A stretch of DNA of 64,000 nt, taken from positions 32,116,001-32,180,000 of the forward strand of contig NC_042997.1 in NCBI RefSeq assembly GCF_006345805.1. The letters run 5' to 3'. Each line of letters begins with the position of its first letter. Position 1 is the first letter of the stretch. The DNA is from Octopus sinensis. Its lineage: Eukaryota. Positions 48,191-62,632 of the stretch are shown piece by piece. Below the pieces are notes generated by a model that was given only the letters and a program-made list of their open reading frames with translations, was not told the origin of the DNA and searched no databases. Position numbers and translations under genes: made by a program.

Positions 48191-49108
48191 GGAAATAGTG
48201 AATCTCTGAAAGTAAAGCAAAGCTATTTTTTTCTTCTTTATTCTGTATCAGCAATGACCTTGAACAAACCATGCAAGATTACATAAAGCCTGGCTTGAAT
48301 GAATAATACAGAACTATTTGTTGCCGGTATTAGCTATTGAGTAGAGTGATAAGCCAGCTATTGTTATGACAATCACTTGAACAATCATGACAGGAATTCT
48401 CCAGTGGAAGTGTAACAGCTGGGTGAAGGAGAATGTTGAAAGAACCTAATAGCAGCGCATTCTTTCAATCAAATATTTTAGCCTCTGGCATTTTTGTCTT
48501 ATATGTTCCTCCTTCTCATGAGGGTTGGAAAAGAGAAAGGAACAAGGGTCTCGTTCATATGAATATTTTCTTTTATGTGTTGTATCAAGAATGTGTTCAA
48601 GGGGAATTCTCTCTCTTTTTTTTATTTCCATTTTGTTAAGGTTTTGTCCTCCCCCCCCGCCCCGACTTTTTATGTGCTTAGAGTTGATGAAGAGGAAGCA
48701 GTACTCAATGTCTCTTTAAGTTTCTTCTTTGTACTGGAATTTGGATAAATAGGTATGGTTGGTGCATTTACTGTTCACATTGACTGTTGTTCAAGGTTTA
48801 ATAGAGAGAATGTGTGACTGGGAATTGTAGAAATAGGAATATTGAAATAATACAGTTTCTTACGAAGAAGAACGACCTGATTATTTAGAAAAAAATTTGA
48901 ATACTATTGCACCACTGTCACTTTTCAGTGAAGCACATTGTACTATTTGTCTCAGTCACTCTGTTTGGAAATAGGTATCACACTATTTCATACTGAGGTG
49001 GTAGTAGTTTAGCCCGAAGTCAATCTTGATCAAGCAGACTTATGATCAAAGACAATACAGCCACGACTGTGTTTTTTTTTCCAGTTTTTTTTTTTACTAC
49101 ATGTCTAA

Positions 49109-49495
49109 CTAGCAGTATCGCCCGGCGTTGCTCGGGTTTGTAAGGGAAATAACTATATAAGCATTTTTAGAGAGTTATAGCCAAAAAATAGCAAATAAAT
49201 GCATTAAAAATGGGAAAAAAATGATGGTAAATTATTTTTAAAATCGTAGACTCATTGTAGACATTTTTAGGGAGTTACTTCCCTTATATAATAGCGAAAA
49301 AATGCATTAAAATAGAAAAAATGATGGTAAATTATTTTTATAATCATAGACTCATTGTAGATGCGTGCTAATACCCATAAGATAATACGACTATAAGATA
49401 CCCGGTTTTGGTTAAACTGTACCGCAAAATGTCGGAGTTGTTAGGAATCTAAATCGAAGGAGACAGACACACAACTTCACTTTTATATATAAAGA
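49109..49495 (-). mobile_element. Non-autonomous Helitron (387 bp)
   Basis: Minus strand starts TC(TTTATATATAAAA), ends with hairpin CCCGAGCAACGCCGGG then CTAG, and sits between A and T with no TSD. Contains an internal tandem duplication. Confidence 0.8.
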
Positions 49496-50129
49496 TGTGT
49501 CCTTTACTGTTTTCTTTTTTAAGTTCGTAATTTGAGGAGTATTTTGTTATTTTCTAAATTCCTGGACCACATAGAATCTCACCCATTAGTTTAATGTTGA
49601 AATAGTAGCAGTTTTAGAAACAGCATGCAACTGGAATATACTTGCTTAACTTTCATTACAGAAAAAAAATCTTAAATTCTCAAACCAAGGCTGTGCAGTA
49701 TCTTCTTGCTTCTTCTTAATGCATATATAGCAAATTCTGCTCTTGAACTTTCTGACTACCCCAGTTTCAGTCAATCTGTTGCATTTGTTTCTCTGTTTAT
49801 TATCACTTGTACTCATATTTCTGTTTGTACTGAATTTCTTATGTCCTCTGTTCTATGAACTGCTAACTCCATGGAATTTATTTCATTGTGTTTGCATATT
49901 ACAAGAACTGTTGACATTTTAAAACATTAATCTTTCCAATCTTAGTTTCTCTTTCCTTGTCGAGCAGACAAATCTTTTGGGAATAAGCAAAGAAAGTGGA
50001 TTGCAGGTTGATTTCAACTGATGGGCTTGTAACTATAAATCCAGTTAACTAGATGTAATAAGCTTACTATATAGACTAAGAAAAGCTATATTTTGATAAC
50101 ATAGATAGTAGTTTAAGGCCTTGTCATTT

Positions 50130-50476
50130 GTGACCCATTGATAAATGGTGGGTAATTTCATGTTCATCCACTGCATGTCCATGGAATATTAATGAGAAAA
50201 TACCCGAAAGACACTTATCTATGTGCCAGTTTCTGCTATTTTACCTGTAAGTAAATAAAGATGTATATCAATTGAACTTGTGACAAGTAAGATCATTGAT
50301 GTTAGCATATATGAAAGTTAAACATCACAGGACATTGTCAATAAACCTTTGAAAATTTTGGGCAATATTTCAAACACCGAATGGCATCTGTAAAAGTTTG
50401 TAGAGTTCAAAGGGTTGTGGTGATGGCTATTTTATGAATATCTTTTGGATCTCCAGGAATCTGATTTTAAACTAAA

Positions 50477-50513
<37 letters not shown>

Positions 50514-50700
50514 CTTGTACCTTAAATAAATCTTGTAAATGTGATATTATGCATTTACCAGGAACTATGCTGATGTTATATGTCTGATAATCAGCACAAG
50601 GACGTAGTCACCTTAAGATTTTTTCTTCTTTTGTTGGAACTGCATGTGAGCTGATAACTAGTTGGAGCTGTATTGATGAGTAGTGTCAAGTTAAAATATG
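50130..50700 (-). pseudogene. Gypsy/Ty3 LTR-retrotransposon reverse transcriptase remnant
   Basis: Minus-strand fragments LRPCADYQTYN, QIPGDPKDIHKIAITT, LQMPFG, NIAQNFQRFIDNVL, YANINDL and KCLSGIFSLIFHGH match the Gypsy RT motifs in order. Confidence 0.75.
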
Positions 50701-51132
50701 TAATAGAGCTCTTACTTGAGTATATCTAAACAATCTAGAGAGCAGGGTATCAAGGTTTGATACCGAGGTCCCTTGCTTTTGATCTGGTGAGTAACACTGA
50801 CACTGTGCACTTCTCATTTCATCATATTCAATCTCAAATGTATAAATTATTAAGATTATCTTGTGTAAGCAACTAGAACCATTTTTTTTTTTCCATTTGA
50901 GAATTGCATTTTGTTTAATGAAAACTTCACTGGAGAATGTTTTGAGTATTTAATGTGTAATAAAAAGTAATTTCTTTTTAACATATAACCTAATCGCTTA
51001 TTTCTCATAAAAGTGATGTATGAGCCTTCAGATGTAAATGTAATGTAAACAGCTCGGGTGGATTGCAACTTGAACAGCTCAAACCGGTTAACACTGTGCC
51101 AGAATTCATTGATATGGATACCTATTGATATA

Positions 51133-51532
51133 CTCTCTCTCTTTTACTCTTTTACTTGTTTCAGTCATTTGACTGTGGCCATGCTGGAGCACCGCCTTTA
51201 GTCGAGCAAATCGACCCCAGGACTTATTCTTTGTAAGCCCAGCACTTATTCTATCGGTCTCTTTTGCTGAACCGCTAAGTGACGGGGACGTAAACACACC
51301 AGCATTGGTTGTCAAGCAATGCTAGGGGGACAAACACAGACACACAAACACACACACACATATATATACGACAGGCTTCTTTCAGTTTCCGTCTACCAAA
51401 TCCACTCACAAGGCATTGGTCGGCCCGGGGCTATAGCAGAAGACACTTGCCCAAGATGCCACGCAGTTGGACTGAACCCGGAACCATGTGGTTGGTAAGC
51501 AAGCTACTTACCACACAGCCACTCCTGCACCT
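51133..51532 (-). mobile_element. tRNA-derived SINE (family A), young copy
   Basis: Reverse complement nearly identical to 61580-62001. Confidence 0.85.
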
Positions 51533-52925
51533 ATGTTAATTTATCTTATCTACTATCTTTTCATGGCCCTCAATTATCTAATACGCTCATGCTTGATTTT
51601 TGTAACATCAAGCCAATAAGGTATGAACCCTATCTACTGGGATAGGAAGCTGACCATCAGCAAGTAATTTAACCTGTTGAATAGTATCTAGCATACCACT
51701 TTCAGCTTTCTAAAGTGTTACTACTGTTTACTGAGGAAAATTATATAATCTTTCAGTATCTACTCGTTGCAAGGTGGATTGACCCATTGAAAGCTAAGTA
51801 TCTTCACTTTGGCAGTATTACTTGATGATGAGAATTTGAAGTATTCCACTCTTGGTCGCCTGCTATCCTATTGGCTTTTTATTATACCCTAACATCTCTG
51901 TGTTCCACCGATTTTAGTAAGATGGATCTTTAATCTATGATGTGAATTTTAGGAACAATGATATTTTGTGGTGTGTGGTGGGCAGAACTTGTAGTTTTCA
52001 GGTCTGCTATTCTAGTCTAACAAGAAATTGAAAGTAGATTATATATTCCATTTACTAAATAGGGAGGGGAGGTGGGGAAGATTTACTTGTAAGTTTTTAC
52101 CACAAGAAATTTTAGAATTTAATATATTTAAAAGAATTTTTGAAAGTCAGTTTTCGTTTTTTTAATACATATATTTTTTTTTGGAAAAACATCTTGAAAA
52201 TTAATGTCCTCTACTTCTAAGATGTTTATTCTATGTGTTGTATCAAGGATATGTTGAAGAGATTTCATTTTCTTTATTTTCAATCATGAAAAGGAGAAAT
52301 GTTGCCTATAAGTCTTTTTCTACAATGTGTGTGTGTGTGATTTTTCTGTTGAGGTCTCAGATCCTTTCGTAATTCATTTATAAATCCTATTGTATTGCAT
52401 ATGTCACATTTTACAAATAATGTGGGGGAAAAGGTTTAGAGTAGCACTTAGGTATGGTTAAGTGATAAGCAGGGTTGTGGTGCTGGAGTTGAAGTATCAG
52501 AGTGGGGAGCCATTATTGCTTTACTGGAACCATTGTTGATAAAATTGTATTGTTTCCAACTAAATGTAGAGTGTAATATAACCTTAACCCATATATACCT
52601 TCGGTTGCATTAAACTTGCTTCTTTTTGTTTGGACATGAACTTGCCAGGAAACATCTGACTGAACATACAAAATGTTCAGAAGGTAGTCGACACCATAAC
52701 TAACAGTTGCATACTGTCCTTCTCTTCCAGATTGTGAAAGCTTACCATAATGTTTAATCTAAATACAGTGAAATTTTTATGGGCATATATGGGTTAAAAC
52801 TTTCTGTTTTACTGATAGTAGTTTGAAAATAATCATGTCAGATATAAGGGCTTCTGTGAAAAAGGTTTTGGCTGAAGCAATTCTTTTTCTAAGAACAAGT
52901 TCGTAAATTATACATTTGGAAGTCA

Positions 52926-53646
52926 AAATCGAATTGAACCAGCCAGGATCCCTGGTCTGGTGGTACGTAAAAAGCACTATCCGACTCGTGGCCGATGCCA
53001 GCGCCGCCTCCACTGGCTTCCGTGCCGGTGGCACGTAAAATACACCAATCTGACCGTACGACAGGCACCCATGCCAACCCCCTTGCTTGCGAAGACATGT
53101 TGGGGCAAGCGAAATCGAATTGAACCAGCTAGGTTCCCTGGTCTGGTGGTACGTAAAAAGCACTATCCGACTCGTGGCCGATGCCAGTGCCGCCTCCACT
53201 GGCTTCCGTGCCGGTGGCACGTAAAATACACCAATCTGGCCGTACAACAGGCACCCATGCCAACCCCCTTGCTTGCGAAGACATGTTGGGGCAAGCGAAA
53301 TCGAATTGAACCAGCCAGGTTCCCTGGTTTGGTGGTACGTAAAAAGCACCATCCGACTCGTGGCCGATGCCAGCACCGCCTCCACTGGCTTCCGTGCCGG
53401 TGGCACATAAAATACACCATTCTGGCCGTTGGCAGCCTCGCCTGGCACCTGTGCAGGTGGCACGTAAAAAGCACCCACTACACTCACGGAGTGGTTGGCA
53501 TTAGGAAGGGCATCCAGCTGTAGAAACACTGCCAGATAAGACTGGAGCCTGGTGCAGCCTTCTGGCTTCCCAGATCCCCGGTCGAACCGTCCAACCCATG
53601 CTAGCATGGAGAACGGACGTTAAACGATGATGATGATGATGATGAT
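52926..53646 (+). mobile_element. RTE 3'UTR copy with a 186-bp tandem unit repeated about three times and a (GAT)n tail
   Basis: AATCGAATTGAACC at 52927, 53113 and 53299; the tail is nearly identical to ~590-888. Confidence 0.85.
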
Positions 53647-56600
53647 GGATCTTTGGTTTAATCTCTATTCCATAGATATAACACTTCATCATCATCATAA
53701 GTGCAGACGTGACTGTGTGGGAAGAAGCTTGCTTCCTAACCATATGGCTCCAGGTTCAGTTCCACTGCCTTGAGCTGACCAAAGCCTTGTGAGTTGAGTT
53801 GGTTGACGGAAGCTGAAAGAGGCCCATTTTGTGTGCATGCATACACGTGGAAGTCTTTGTGTCTGAGTTTGTCCCCACCACTGCTTGACAACTAGCACTG
53901 GCATGCTTATGTCCCTGTAACATAGTGGTTCAACAAAAGAGATCAATAGAATAGATATCAGGCTTAAAAAGAAAAAAAGATGAGTACTGGGGTAGCTTCA
54001 TTTGACTAAAAATTCTTCTAGTCGGTGCCCCAGCATGGCCACTGTAGAAAAAGGGATGGTTCGTCATGGTCTGAATCATTTCTCAGTTTCTTTAATAAAT
54101 GTTGTAAGAATAAAGTTGTCAATATTTTACAACATAATTTAAAAAATTTTATTTAATGTTGTGTTTCGTATTACTTTCATTTCAATTTTATATTCAATGT
54201 TTCAATCTTCAAAAGGAAGGATTATAAATTGTATCGAGTTGAGTTTATTTCTTTTAAAATGTTCAATTATGTTGCTTTAAGTGTTCAGTCTTTTACTTTT
54301 AACTGTGATGTGCTTTAGATCTTTGAACTTGTAAACAATGATATTTATGATGTTCTTTTATAGTATTTTTATAGTTTATTTCTTATATGTCTTTTCACTT
54401 TTATTGCCTTTTGGTTATAAAGCTTCTTTGTTAATTTTGAAAATTAATTGTTAGTAAATTCTTAAATAAATAATATAAAAAAAAAAAACTGCAATGGCAT
54501 ATTTGTAGCTTTTAAACCCAAACTTGAACAGATTAGAGCGCTAAAATGTGGCCTGATAATTCACTTTGGTCATGTATGCTGTATAGGATTAATCTAATTA
54601 CAAATGGAGTAGCTGGGAGTGCAGTGGTACCATAAGTTGAGGAACTGGATTCAAAGATTTTGTGTTCTGATTCCACAGCCCTGTTAGCAGAAGGTTTAAA
54701 TTATCATTTTATCAAGTAATGTAGGATTAGAACTAATCATTTAACATTTTTTTTTCACCTTAACCAGGCTTGAGAGGAATAGATCTTTAGGAATAGGAAT
54801 TAAGATAGGGACAAAGCAGAAGGCGGCATGTATTGATCAACTGTTGCCAGTCAGCATAAGAAAGATATATATACATAAAAATAAAAAGTACAGGTGAAAA
54901 TGTGAATTGTGATGAGTTTAATGGCTTATTCATGCAAAAATTATTTCATGCCTCACTTGTTTACCATCCAATTTTTAAATCTCTGTTGCTATTTTATTTT
55001 TGTTTTTTCTTTTTTTGTTACTAAACCCTGCCTACCTATTCCTAAAACTAGGTCAAACCTAATTCCTGGATTTAAGTAACTGCCATCCCTCTAAAATTTC
55101 TGCAGGATCGCATGCTTCGAAATACTGATACTTCTTGCATTCAGTTACAATTTTTGGATATTTGATTATTAAAATACTTTTACTTTGTTGTTAACTCTTT
55201 GCTGAAATTGTTTTTTCTTTTTCTTTTTGTTTTCATTAAGTGTTGCAATAAAGTTGTTTTCGCTGCACCCCCCCCCCCCGCCTCTGGTTAACATTAATGA
55301 ACCCTCCTCTCTATCAACATATGTTGACTGCAGCATGTATCAGATACTCAACTTTCTCTGCAATCATTGAAGCCTACACCAAAAGGAATTGACCTAAATT
55401 TCATGGTTACTTAAAAATCTATAATTCTTAAATAGTCACCCTCACGCACCCACCCACCTACCCACTCACTCCTTTCAAAACTAACAACAACAACATCAAC
55501 AACAAATATATCTTGTTAGGCTGATCAATAAATATCTGCATGATTGGTACTTAAGATTGTCAGAAAATATGGTTTCATATATACATGTGTGTGTGTGTGT
55601 GTGTATAAGTTTGTATAATTTTTAACCGAACTGTTTTGTTCAGATTTTTTTTTCTCTTCACTCTATTCTTCTCCTCCTCCTGGTAGAATTTCTCTTGCTA
55701 CACATGCAATGGTGCATGTTAGTGAAGAAGTCTATTTTCTTGATATATATAATTTTCTAAACTGTAAAATAATTTCATATGTTGCCTGCTTAAAACAACC
55801 AACTTCCTCTATTTGTCTTGTAACTATGAGTGTGTGGAAATTCCAGAAATATTGTACAATTATTTGTGGGATGAAGGCAGAGTGGCAGAGCCAACTAATG
55901 ACTATATCGAATCTAATAATTCATTTGCACTTGCTTAAAAGTCCGTTATAAAAATCTGGAACTGCCTTCTCATTAACTGAGTAAGCAATCTTGAAAATCT
56001 TAATCCATTTAAAACAAAAAAAATTAAGAAAAATAAAGAAAAATAGCTAATCTAATTACTGGATACATGTTTAATGAACTGTTATTGACATTGATATCAA
56101 AATTAATTGCAAAGCAGTGCTTTAAATTTCTTCTGTTGGTAAGCTAGAAATCAAACATTGGACCTTAATTATACTAATAGATTAGGTTAAGTGTTTACTG
56201 TACAATATATCTGTTGGAATTCAGTCTCTGCTGTAATGACTATTGATCTAAAAATCCTATATATTACGGAACCTTCAAGTGCTTAATAACTTCCTCCATT
56301 TGCATTTTTCTCATTTTCTCTCTGTCCCATATGTACCTCTGCCACAACCAACAATACCAATTGTTTCTCTTTAAGTTCTGTATAAATGTGAGAAAGTTCT
56401 GTTGGCTCCATTTTGCAATGCCATCCAAAACGCTTTGGAGTTTTTCTTTTTCGATCATGGTATCCGTTCCGTATATAATCAATAGGTTGTTTGGCAGTTG
56501 TTTGTTTACCTAATCTTAATGTAGTTCTTATTGTTTTGGTTTTCATCCATTTCGGTTCTTCTTATTAATCACTAAAGATTGATTAGTCAAGAAAGGTGTA

Positions 56601-57584
56601 TTTTTAATGAGACCAGGTGTAGGAATGGTTGAGGTTTTAACATGATCAACATTTGAAGATTAAACAGTTTGGTGAAAATTTAATACACACACACATACAC
56701 ACTCACACATAGTTAAAAGTTCCTAATCCAGAGAAGTGAACCCAGGATATAGTCATCGGATAAAATGTATTGAAATTGCTTACTTCTAATAATTCTAGGT
56801 GCTCGTTACAATTTAATGCAGTTAGCCTTAATCTGGATTATAACTAAGCATTTGAATGATACCCACTTAGATATTATATCCCTATCTATTCACTATATAT
56901 GTGTGTTTGTGTGTGTAGATATGTGTCAGAAATCTAACAGAATGGAGGTGATTTTGGTATTGTGAACTAGATTTGTCTGCAGCGTTCTAGACTCCATGGT
57001 GTATTAACATAAAAATATTTTGAGAGAGTGGCAAGTACATATGTAGGAATAGCTGTTGAGACCCAAGTCACCCCTTTCTGAGGAGAGTTAGGATCAAATA
57101 TATTCCAACTATAACCATCTTATGTTTTGGAGCATTATGTATTTAGGACTACAATTATTCAATGTGTGGCTTCCCTTTCCAAACAGTGGGGTATAATTTG
57201 AGGAAGATTTAGTTGTTACTTTTTGCAGTTCGAGCAATCTTTTCATTGACACTCCCTCATTGTAGGGTATAGCCTTGTAACTAATAAGAGAATACTGAAC
57301 AGGTCCTTTGACTAGATTCTTAACTGGAAGAGAATGGTGTGGAATAAACCATATAGCATTTTTATAGTATTTGGTTTGACCTATTCTGAGTTTGGTGGCT
57401 AGTGGGGATGATTTACTTTTTATCTTTTAACATTCAGTAAGTAACCAACATGTACTTATGTTGATTCAGTTGACTAGATCTCTCTTCTCTACCAATTAAT
57501 GGTAATTTTGGCAATATTTTGACTTTCAAATTGAATGACAAAATGCAATAATATTGGCAATATGATAATTATAATTTCCTTTAA

Positions 57585-57619
<35 letters not shown>

Positions 57620-58679
57620 GTGAGGTGGCAAGCTGGCAGAATCATTAACTGCCAGACAAAATGCTTAACATTTCTTCTGGATTTATACTCTGAGTTCAAA
57701 TGTCACCAAGGTCAACTTTGCCTTTCATGCTTTCAAGGTCAATAAAATAAGTATCAGTTAAGTAGTGGGACTGATGTTATCAAGTAGCCCCCACCCTCAA
57801 AATTTCGGGCCTCGCACTTATAGTTGAAAGAAGTGTTAATAATAATTTGAAAAACTGATGAAGTGAGGGGTGTCTCAACAAATACTGTATGGGAGACATT
57901 TATGTTATTGACATCAAAAGGATAAAGTCAACCTAAGCAGAATTTGTACTCAGAACGTAAGCAGAAATAACTAAATACCAGATTATTTTGTCTGATATAT
58001 TTCAAATAATGATGAACTCATAGTATTTAGTACATTTTAGTAATAATGACGATCTCATAGTGTTTAGTACATTTTAGGGAGAGTATGGTTGATTAAATAA
58101 AACCTATTATTGTTGATGATGATTTTATATTGTATTTTGGCAACAAGAGCATCATTGGTTATAAGCTTCTGAAGGGCCAGTAACTGGTTCATTGCTTTTG
58201 TGATTATGTGTGTGACAAGGGCTGTTTGTGTAATTTGGATTGAATAAATGTCAAAAGGGACTTGATTTGAAATTGCCTGTTTATTCGTTTTCTTGCTGAT
58301 GTATATCACTGAAAGATATACATATATGCATTAACACACACACACACACACTTTGCGTGTGTGTTTCTGTGTATGTTTACACACTTTTATAGATATATGC
58401 CTTTTATAATAAGAGATGATGGGCTCCCACTCGTTTCTTGTCTACCAATTTCCCTTATCTGTCTGGGTATGGAAGACACTTTCTCAAGCACCATGCTGTA
58501 AGATTGAACCAAGAATCATGGTGTTGCAAAGCAAACTTCTTTACCATACAACCATGCTTATATGCCTATGTGACTTACACCCATTTATGAACCCTGGCAA
58601 GATGAAAGACAGTCAATTCCAACAGGATTCAAACTCAGAATCTAAAGGAATATCATGACTAAATACCTATTTTTTTTTT

Positions 58680-58898
58680 TTTACTACCCACAAGGGGCTA
58701 AACACAGAGAGGACAAACAAGCACAGACAAATGGATTAAGTCGATTAGATCGACCCCAGTGCGTAACTGGTACTTAATTTATCAACCCCGAAAGTATAAG
58801 TCAACCTCGGCGGAATTTGAACTCAGAACGTAATGGCAGACGAAATACGGCTGCGCATTTCGCCCGATGTGCTAACGATTCTGCCAGCTCGCCGCCTT
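58680..58898 (-). mobile_element. Family-D SINE copy
   Basis: Closely matches ~25580-25807. Confidence 0.8.
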
Positions 58899-59489
58899 CA
58901 TGACTAAATACCAACACCTTTTGTGTGGCTCTGTATCTATTCTGCTATTCACCTGCATTGATAATGTTTATAATAATGATCTCTAACCTAACATTGGTAC
59001 AAGGCTACAAATTTTGGAACTACTTCAATCTCATCATCCACGATGAATATCAACCACGTCAATCTCACAAGTTTAGTAAGAAGATCTGCAAATGTCGTAG
59101 TACTGCCTCTCCACTTCTATCTATTTCATCAATTCTCAGAAGGATGAAAGGCAAAGTTGGTTCCAGTGGGATTAATAATAACGGTGATTATTGAAATAAT
59201 AATCATAGAAAGGTGATAGAATTGCAGAATCAGTAGTGCACTGGACTAAATACTCTACTGTATTTAGTATTGTTCATTAACGTTCAAATCCTGTCTTTCA
59301 TCTCTCCCTGAGGGTCGTTAAAGTAAGCACCAGGCGTGTACTAGCGTTAATTCAAATTGACTGTTCTTCCTGCTCTCCTACTACAAATTTGTGGCCTTGT
59401 GCCAATATAAGAAATCATGATTATATATATAATGTTTGAAGTCCTAGAAATGTCTTTCACATACATATGCATGTGCACATTCATGATGA

Positions 59490-59524
<35 letters not shown>

Positions 59525-61008
59525 ACACTTAGGTTCTGAGCATATCTGTCTTTCTATATATCTCTCTCTGTATCTATTATGCATATACATATTCACATAT
59601 AGAGACAGGCATGAATTCATTGACATGAATACATATGCACCCATAAATTTATGCTCACATTTTCATGCCCAAATGCACATTTATACCAAGTTTGACCACA
59701 CACACACACTGTCTCTCTCTCGCTCTCTCCGACAAAGTTGAAATGACTAAGTGATTTTAGTTATCGGGCTACCAAGTTCATTCATCGGTCTTAAGTTCAA
59801 ATTTATTGCAAGCATTTTGTAGTGTATTTGGGCTATGGAGTGTGAAAAGGCAGTAGAGAGGAGAATCAGAGCTTAGAAGAGAGAATGGATGAATTGAAGG
59901 GAAGGAAGAAGAAAAAGAGAGAATGAGAGTGACTGATATAGAATAGAGAAAGGAGAGTTGTGTGGGGATGGTAGACAGATAGTGATGGGTTGTGAGGAAG
60001 AGAACACAGGTAAATAGAAGTGAAAAGGAGACTGAAGTAGAAAGTGAGAGAAGGAAGGGGGGGGCTGATGAAGTGGTGAAGTGGGAGAAAATGTTGTTAG
60101 CTTTCCACCTCCCCGGATAACCCCGGTTCAACAGATCTATGATCAAAGGCATTCCAGCCTACAAACATCTTGTCTTTTTTAAGGGTATCTAGGATTATAT
60201 TTTCCAATATGGCTGCCCTATTTTTTTTTTTAAGATGATAGGGTGTGATTTGAGAGAGATTTGGCTGCTATTTCTGCTGGCTGAAGGAGTGTGTTGAGAC
60301 TTCCACATTAGCTTGAGTAGGGTGGTAGCATGATTATAGCATTGAAAAAAAAAAAAAAAAAGAGACTGACGTGGAGAGTAAAAGAAGCAGAGCCTGGCTA
60401 AGAGAATGTGGTGTAAAGTGAGAGAGAAACAGGTAGTCTGATGTAGACCGTGGGAGGAGGAGGAGACACAGAATAATGTGGAGGGAGCATCTAAGAGGAG
60501 AGGGGAAAGAATGAGAGAATATGATATAAAGAAGGAATCTTGTTATATGATGTGGAATGTGAGAGAGGAGAGGCACATAGAATGATGGAGGGGAAAGTAG
60601 GAGGCAGGTAGAGAGTATGTGATGTAGAGTGAGAGAAAGGAGACAAAGTGAATTAAGAATGGGAGAGAAGAGGAAAAAATGTGAGTGTAGGCTGTGGAGG
60701 TAAGGAATGAATTATGGAACATGAAAGAGTGAATGTATGTATAAAGGGAAGAGGAAGTGAAATTTATGAGAAGGGGGTGTCAGTGGATATTTTTGTATGT
60801 CAATGTGTGTGTGTGTGTGTGTTGTGTATACAAACACTTATGGTTACATGAATATATTCATATATTCATTCGTTCATTGTAGACTTCAAACGAATAAACC
60901 CTGCTACATGTATTGAGTGCTCTTTTCCCCATTTGTATACCCAAACATCTGTGTGTATATCTATCTATCCTGCCGGCCATCAACTCACCCCTACACACAC
61001 ATATATGC

Positions 61009-61056
<48 letters not shown>

Positions 61057-61480
61057 CTCCCTCCACTCTCAGATATTTATATGCACATATAAGTGACCAA
61101 GTAGAATGTATTTTCTTTTATGATGTTTTAAAAATCCCCTTTGCCTTCCTTTTATCTTTTTCTGGTTAATTTGCCAAAATAAAGATTTATTCTGGAAGGA
61201 TCCCCATTATTCATTGATGCTAGAAATTGTTCAGAGAGAATTGGCAAAATGTCTTGTTTTTTTTTTTTTGTGTGTGTGTTACAGCTCTTTGTTTTGAGTT
61301 CAAATCCCACCTAGATTGACTTTGCCTTTTGTTCTTTCAGTGTTTATAAAATAACCCCATAGCTCTCTTCACACACACATACACACAATTTTTTTTTCAG
61401 CCATAGTCTGTTAGAAATCATTATTATTATTGCAACAGTTGTTAATTCCACCAACTCTTCTACCAAATTTATTATCTTAA

Positions 61481-62147
61481 CCCTTTTGTTGCCAAGTTTC
61501 TGTTGAAACACGCTGCCTTTGTTTCACTTAATTTTTAAAATTATGAAAAAAAATTTAGTAAAAAATTTAGAAAAAAATAGGCGCAGGAGTGGCTGTGTGG
61601 TAAGTAGCTTGCTAACCAACCACATGGTTCCGGGTTCAGTCCCACTGCGTGGCATCTTGGGCAAGTGTCTTCTGCTATAGCCCCGGGCCGACCAATGCCT
61701 TGTGAGTGGATTTGGTAGACGGAAACTGAAAGAAGCCTGTCGTATATATGTATATATATGTATGTGTGTGTGTGTGTGTGTTTGAGGGTCTGTGTTTGTC
61801 CCCCTAACATTGCTTGACAACCGATGCTGGTGTGTTTACGTCCCCGTCACTTAGCGGTTCGGCAAAAAGAGACCGATAGAATAAGTACTGGGCTTACAAA
61901 AAGAATAAGTCCCGGGGTCGAGTTGCTCGACTAAAGGCGGTGCCCCAGCATGGCCGCAGTCAAATGACTGAAACGAGTAAAAGAGTAAAAGAGTAAAGAG
62001 TAAAATAACTCTATCGTTATTAAACTCATGTTTGGAACATAAATCAACAAGAAATATTGATGGAAGGTTTCAATTTAGATCACTTTAAAACAGGAAGTCT
62101 CTATCAAAGAACCAACAGTGATCTTGTGCAAGTTGGTAATAAAAGGG
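61481..62147. mobile_element. piggyBac-like MITE related to 45544-45764, with a family-A SINE (61580-62001) nested inside
   Basis: TTAA at 61477-61480 and 62148-62151; ends CCCTTTT / AAAAGGG; internal similarity to the 45544 element (AATTTAGTAAAA, TAAAATAAC...ATTAA.CT..TGTT.GGAA.ATAAAT). Confidence 0.75.
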
Positions 62148-62632
62148 TTAAAATGTTGAAAGGAGACACATTTTTTCTCCTTTTTTTTTTTTTTTACTTT
62201 GTTTATCCTTATATAACTTGTTTTTTTTTCTTCAAATCTTATTTGACTTCATTTTTATGTCATGCTTTCATTTTTTCTTTTATGTTTTTATATTTTATTT
62301 CATTTATAAATAATTTTGTATTTTATTTATTTATGTTACTTGTTTATTTATGTTGCTTGTTCTATCTTGGGAAGTGGGTAACTGCCACTGTTATTAGTAG
62401 TAGTAATAATGCTATGTCTACTACTGGTGGTAGTGGTTGTATTAGCACAATTGTAGTTCTATTTATATTAGTAGTATTGTAGTAGTAGTTGCAATAGTGA
62501 TATTAGCAGTTTAGTAGTATTAGAGCTATTGTAGTGTCAGCGCTATTGTAGTAGTACTGATACTTTAGCATTATTGTTGTAGTGTTAGCACAAATTGTAG
62601 CAGTAATACTAGCACTTATTGGTTATCATAGT

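Noticed and set aside
52200-52600. Possible PLE GIY-YIG relic (related sequence at ~48450-48720)
   Set aside because: Too decayed to support by eye; needs a frameshift-aware HMM search.
52777-53607. 276-aa and 187-aa ORFs (also 268-849, 17193-18006)
   Set aside because: Open frames arise from GC-rich tandem units of the RTE 3'UTR, open on both strands, with no domain signature.
56264-56560. Minus-strand ORF pair, possibly an L1/Tx1-like C-terminus
   Set aside because: No diagnostic motif recognised with confidence.
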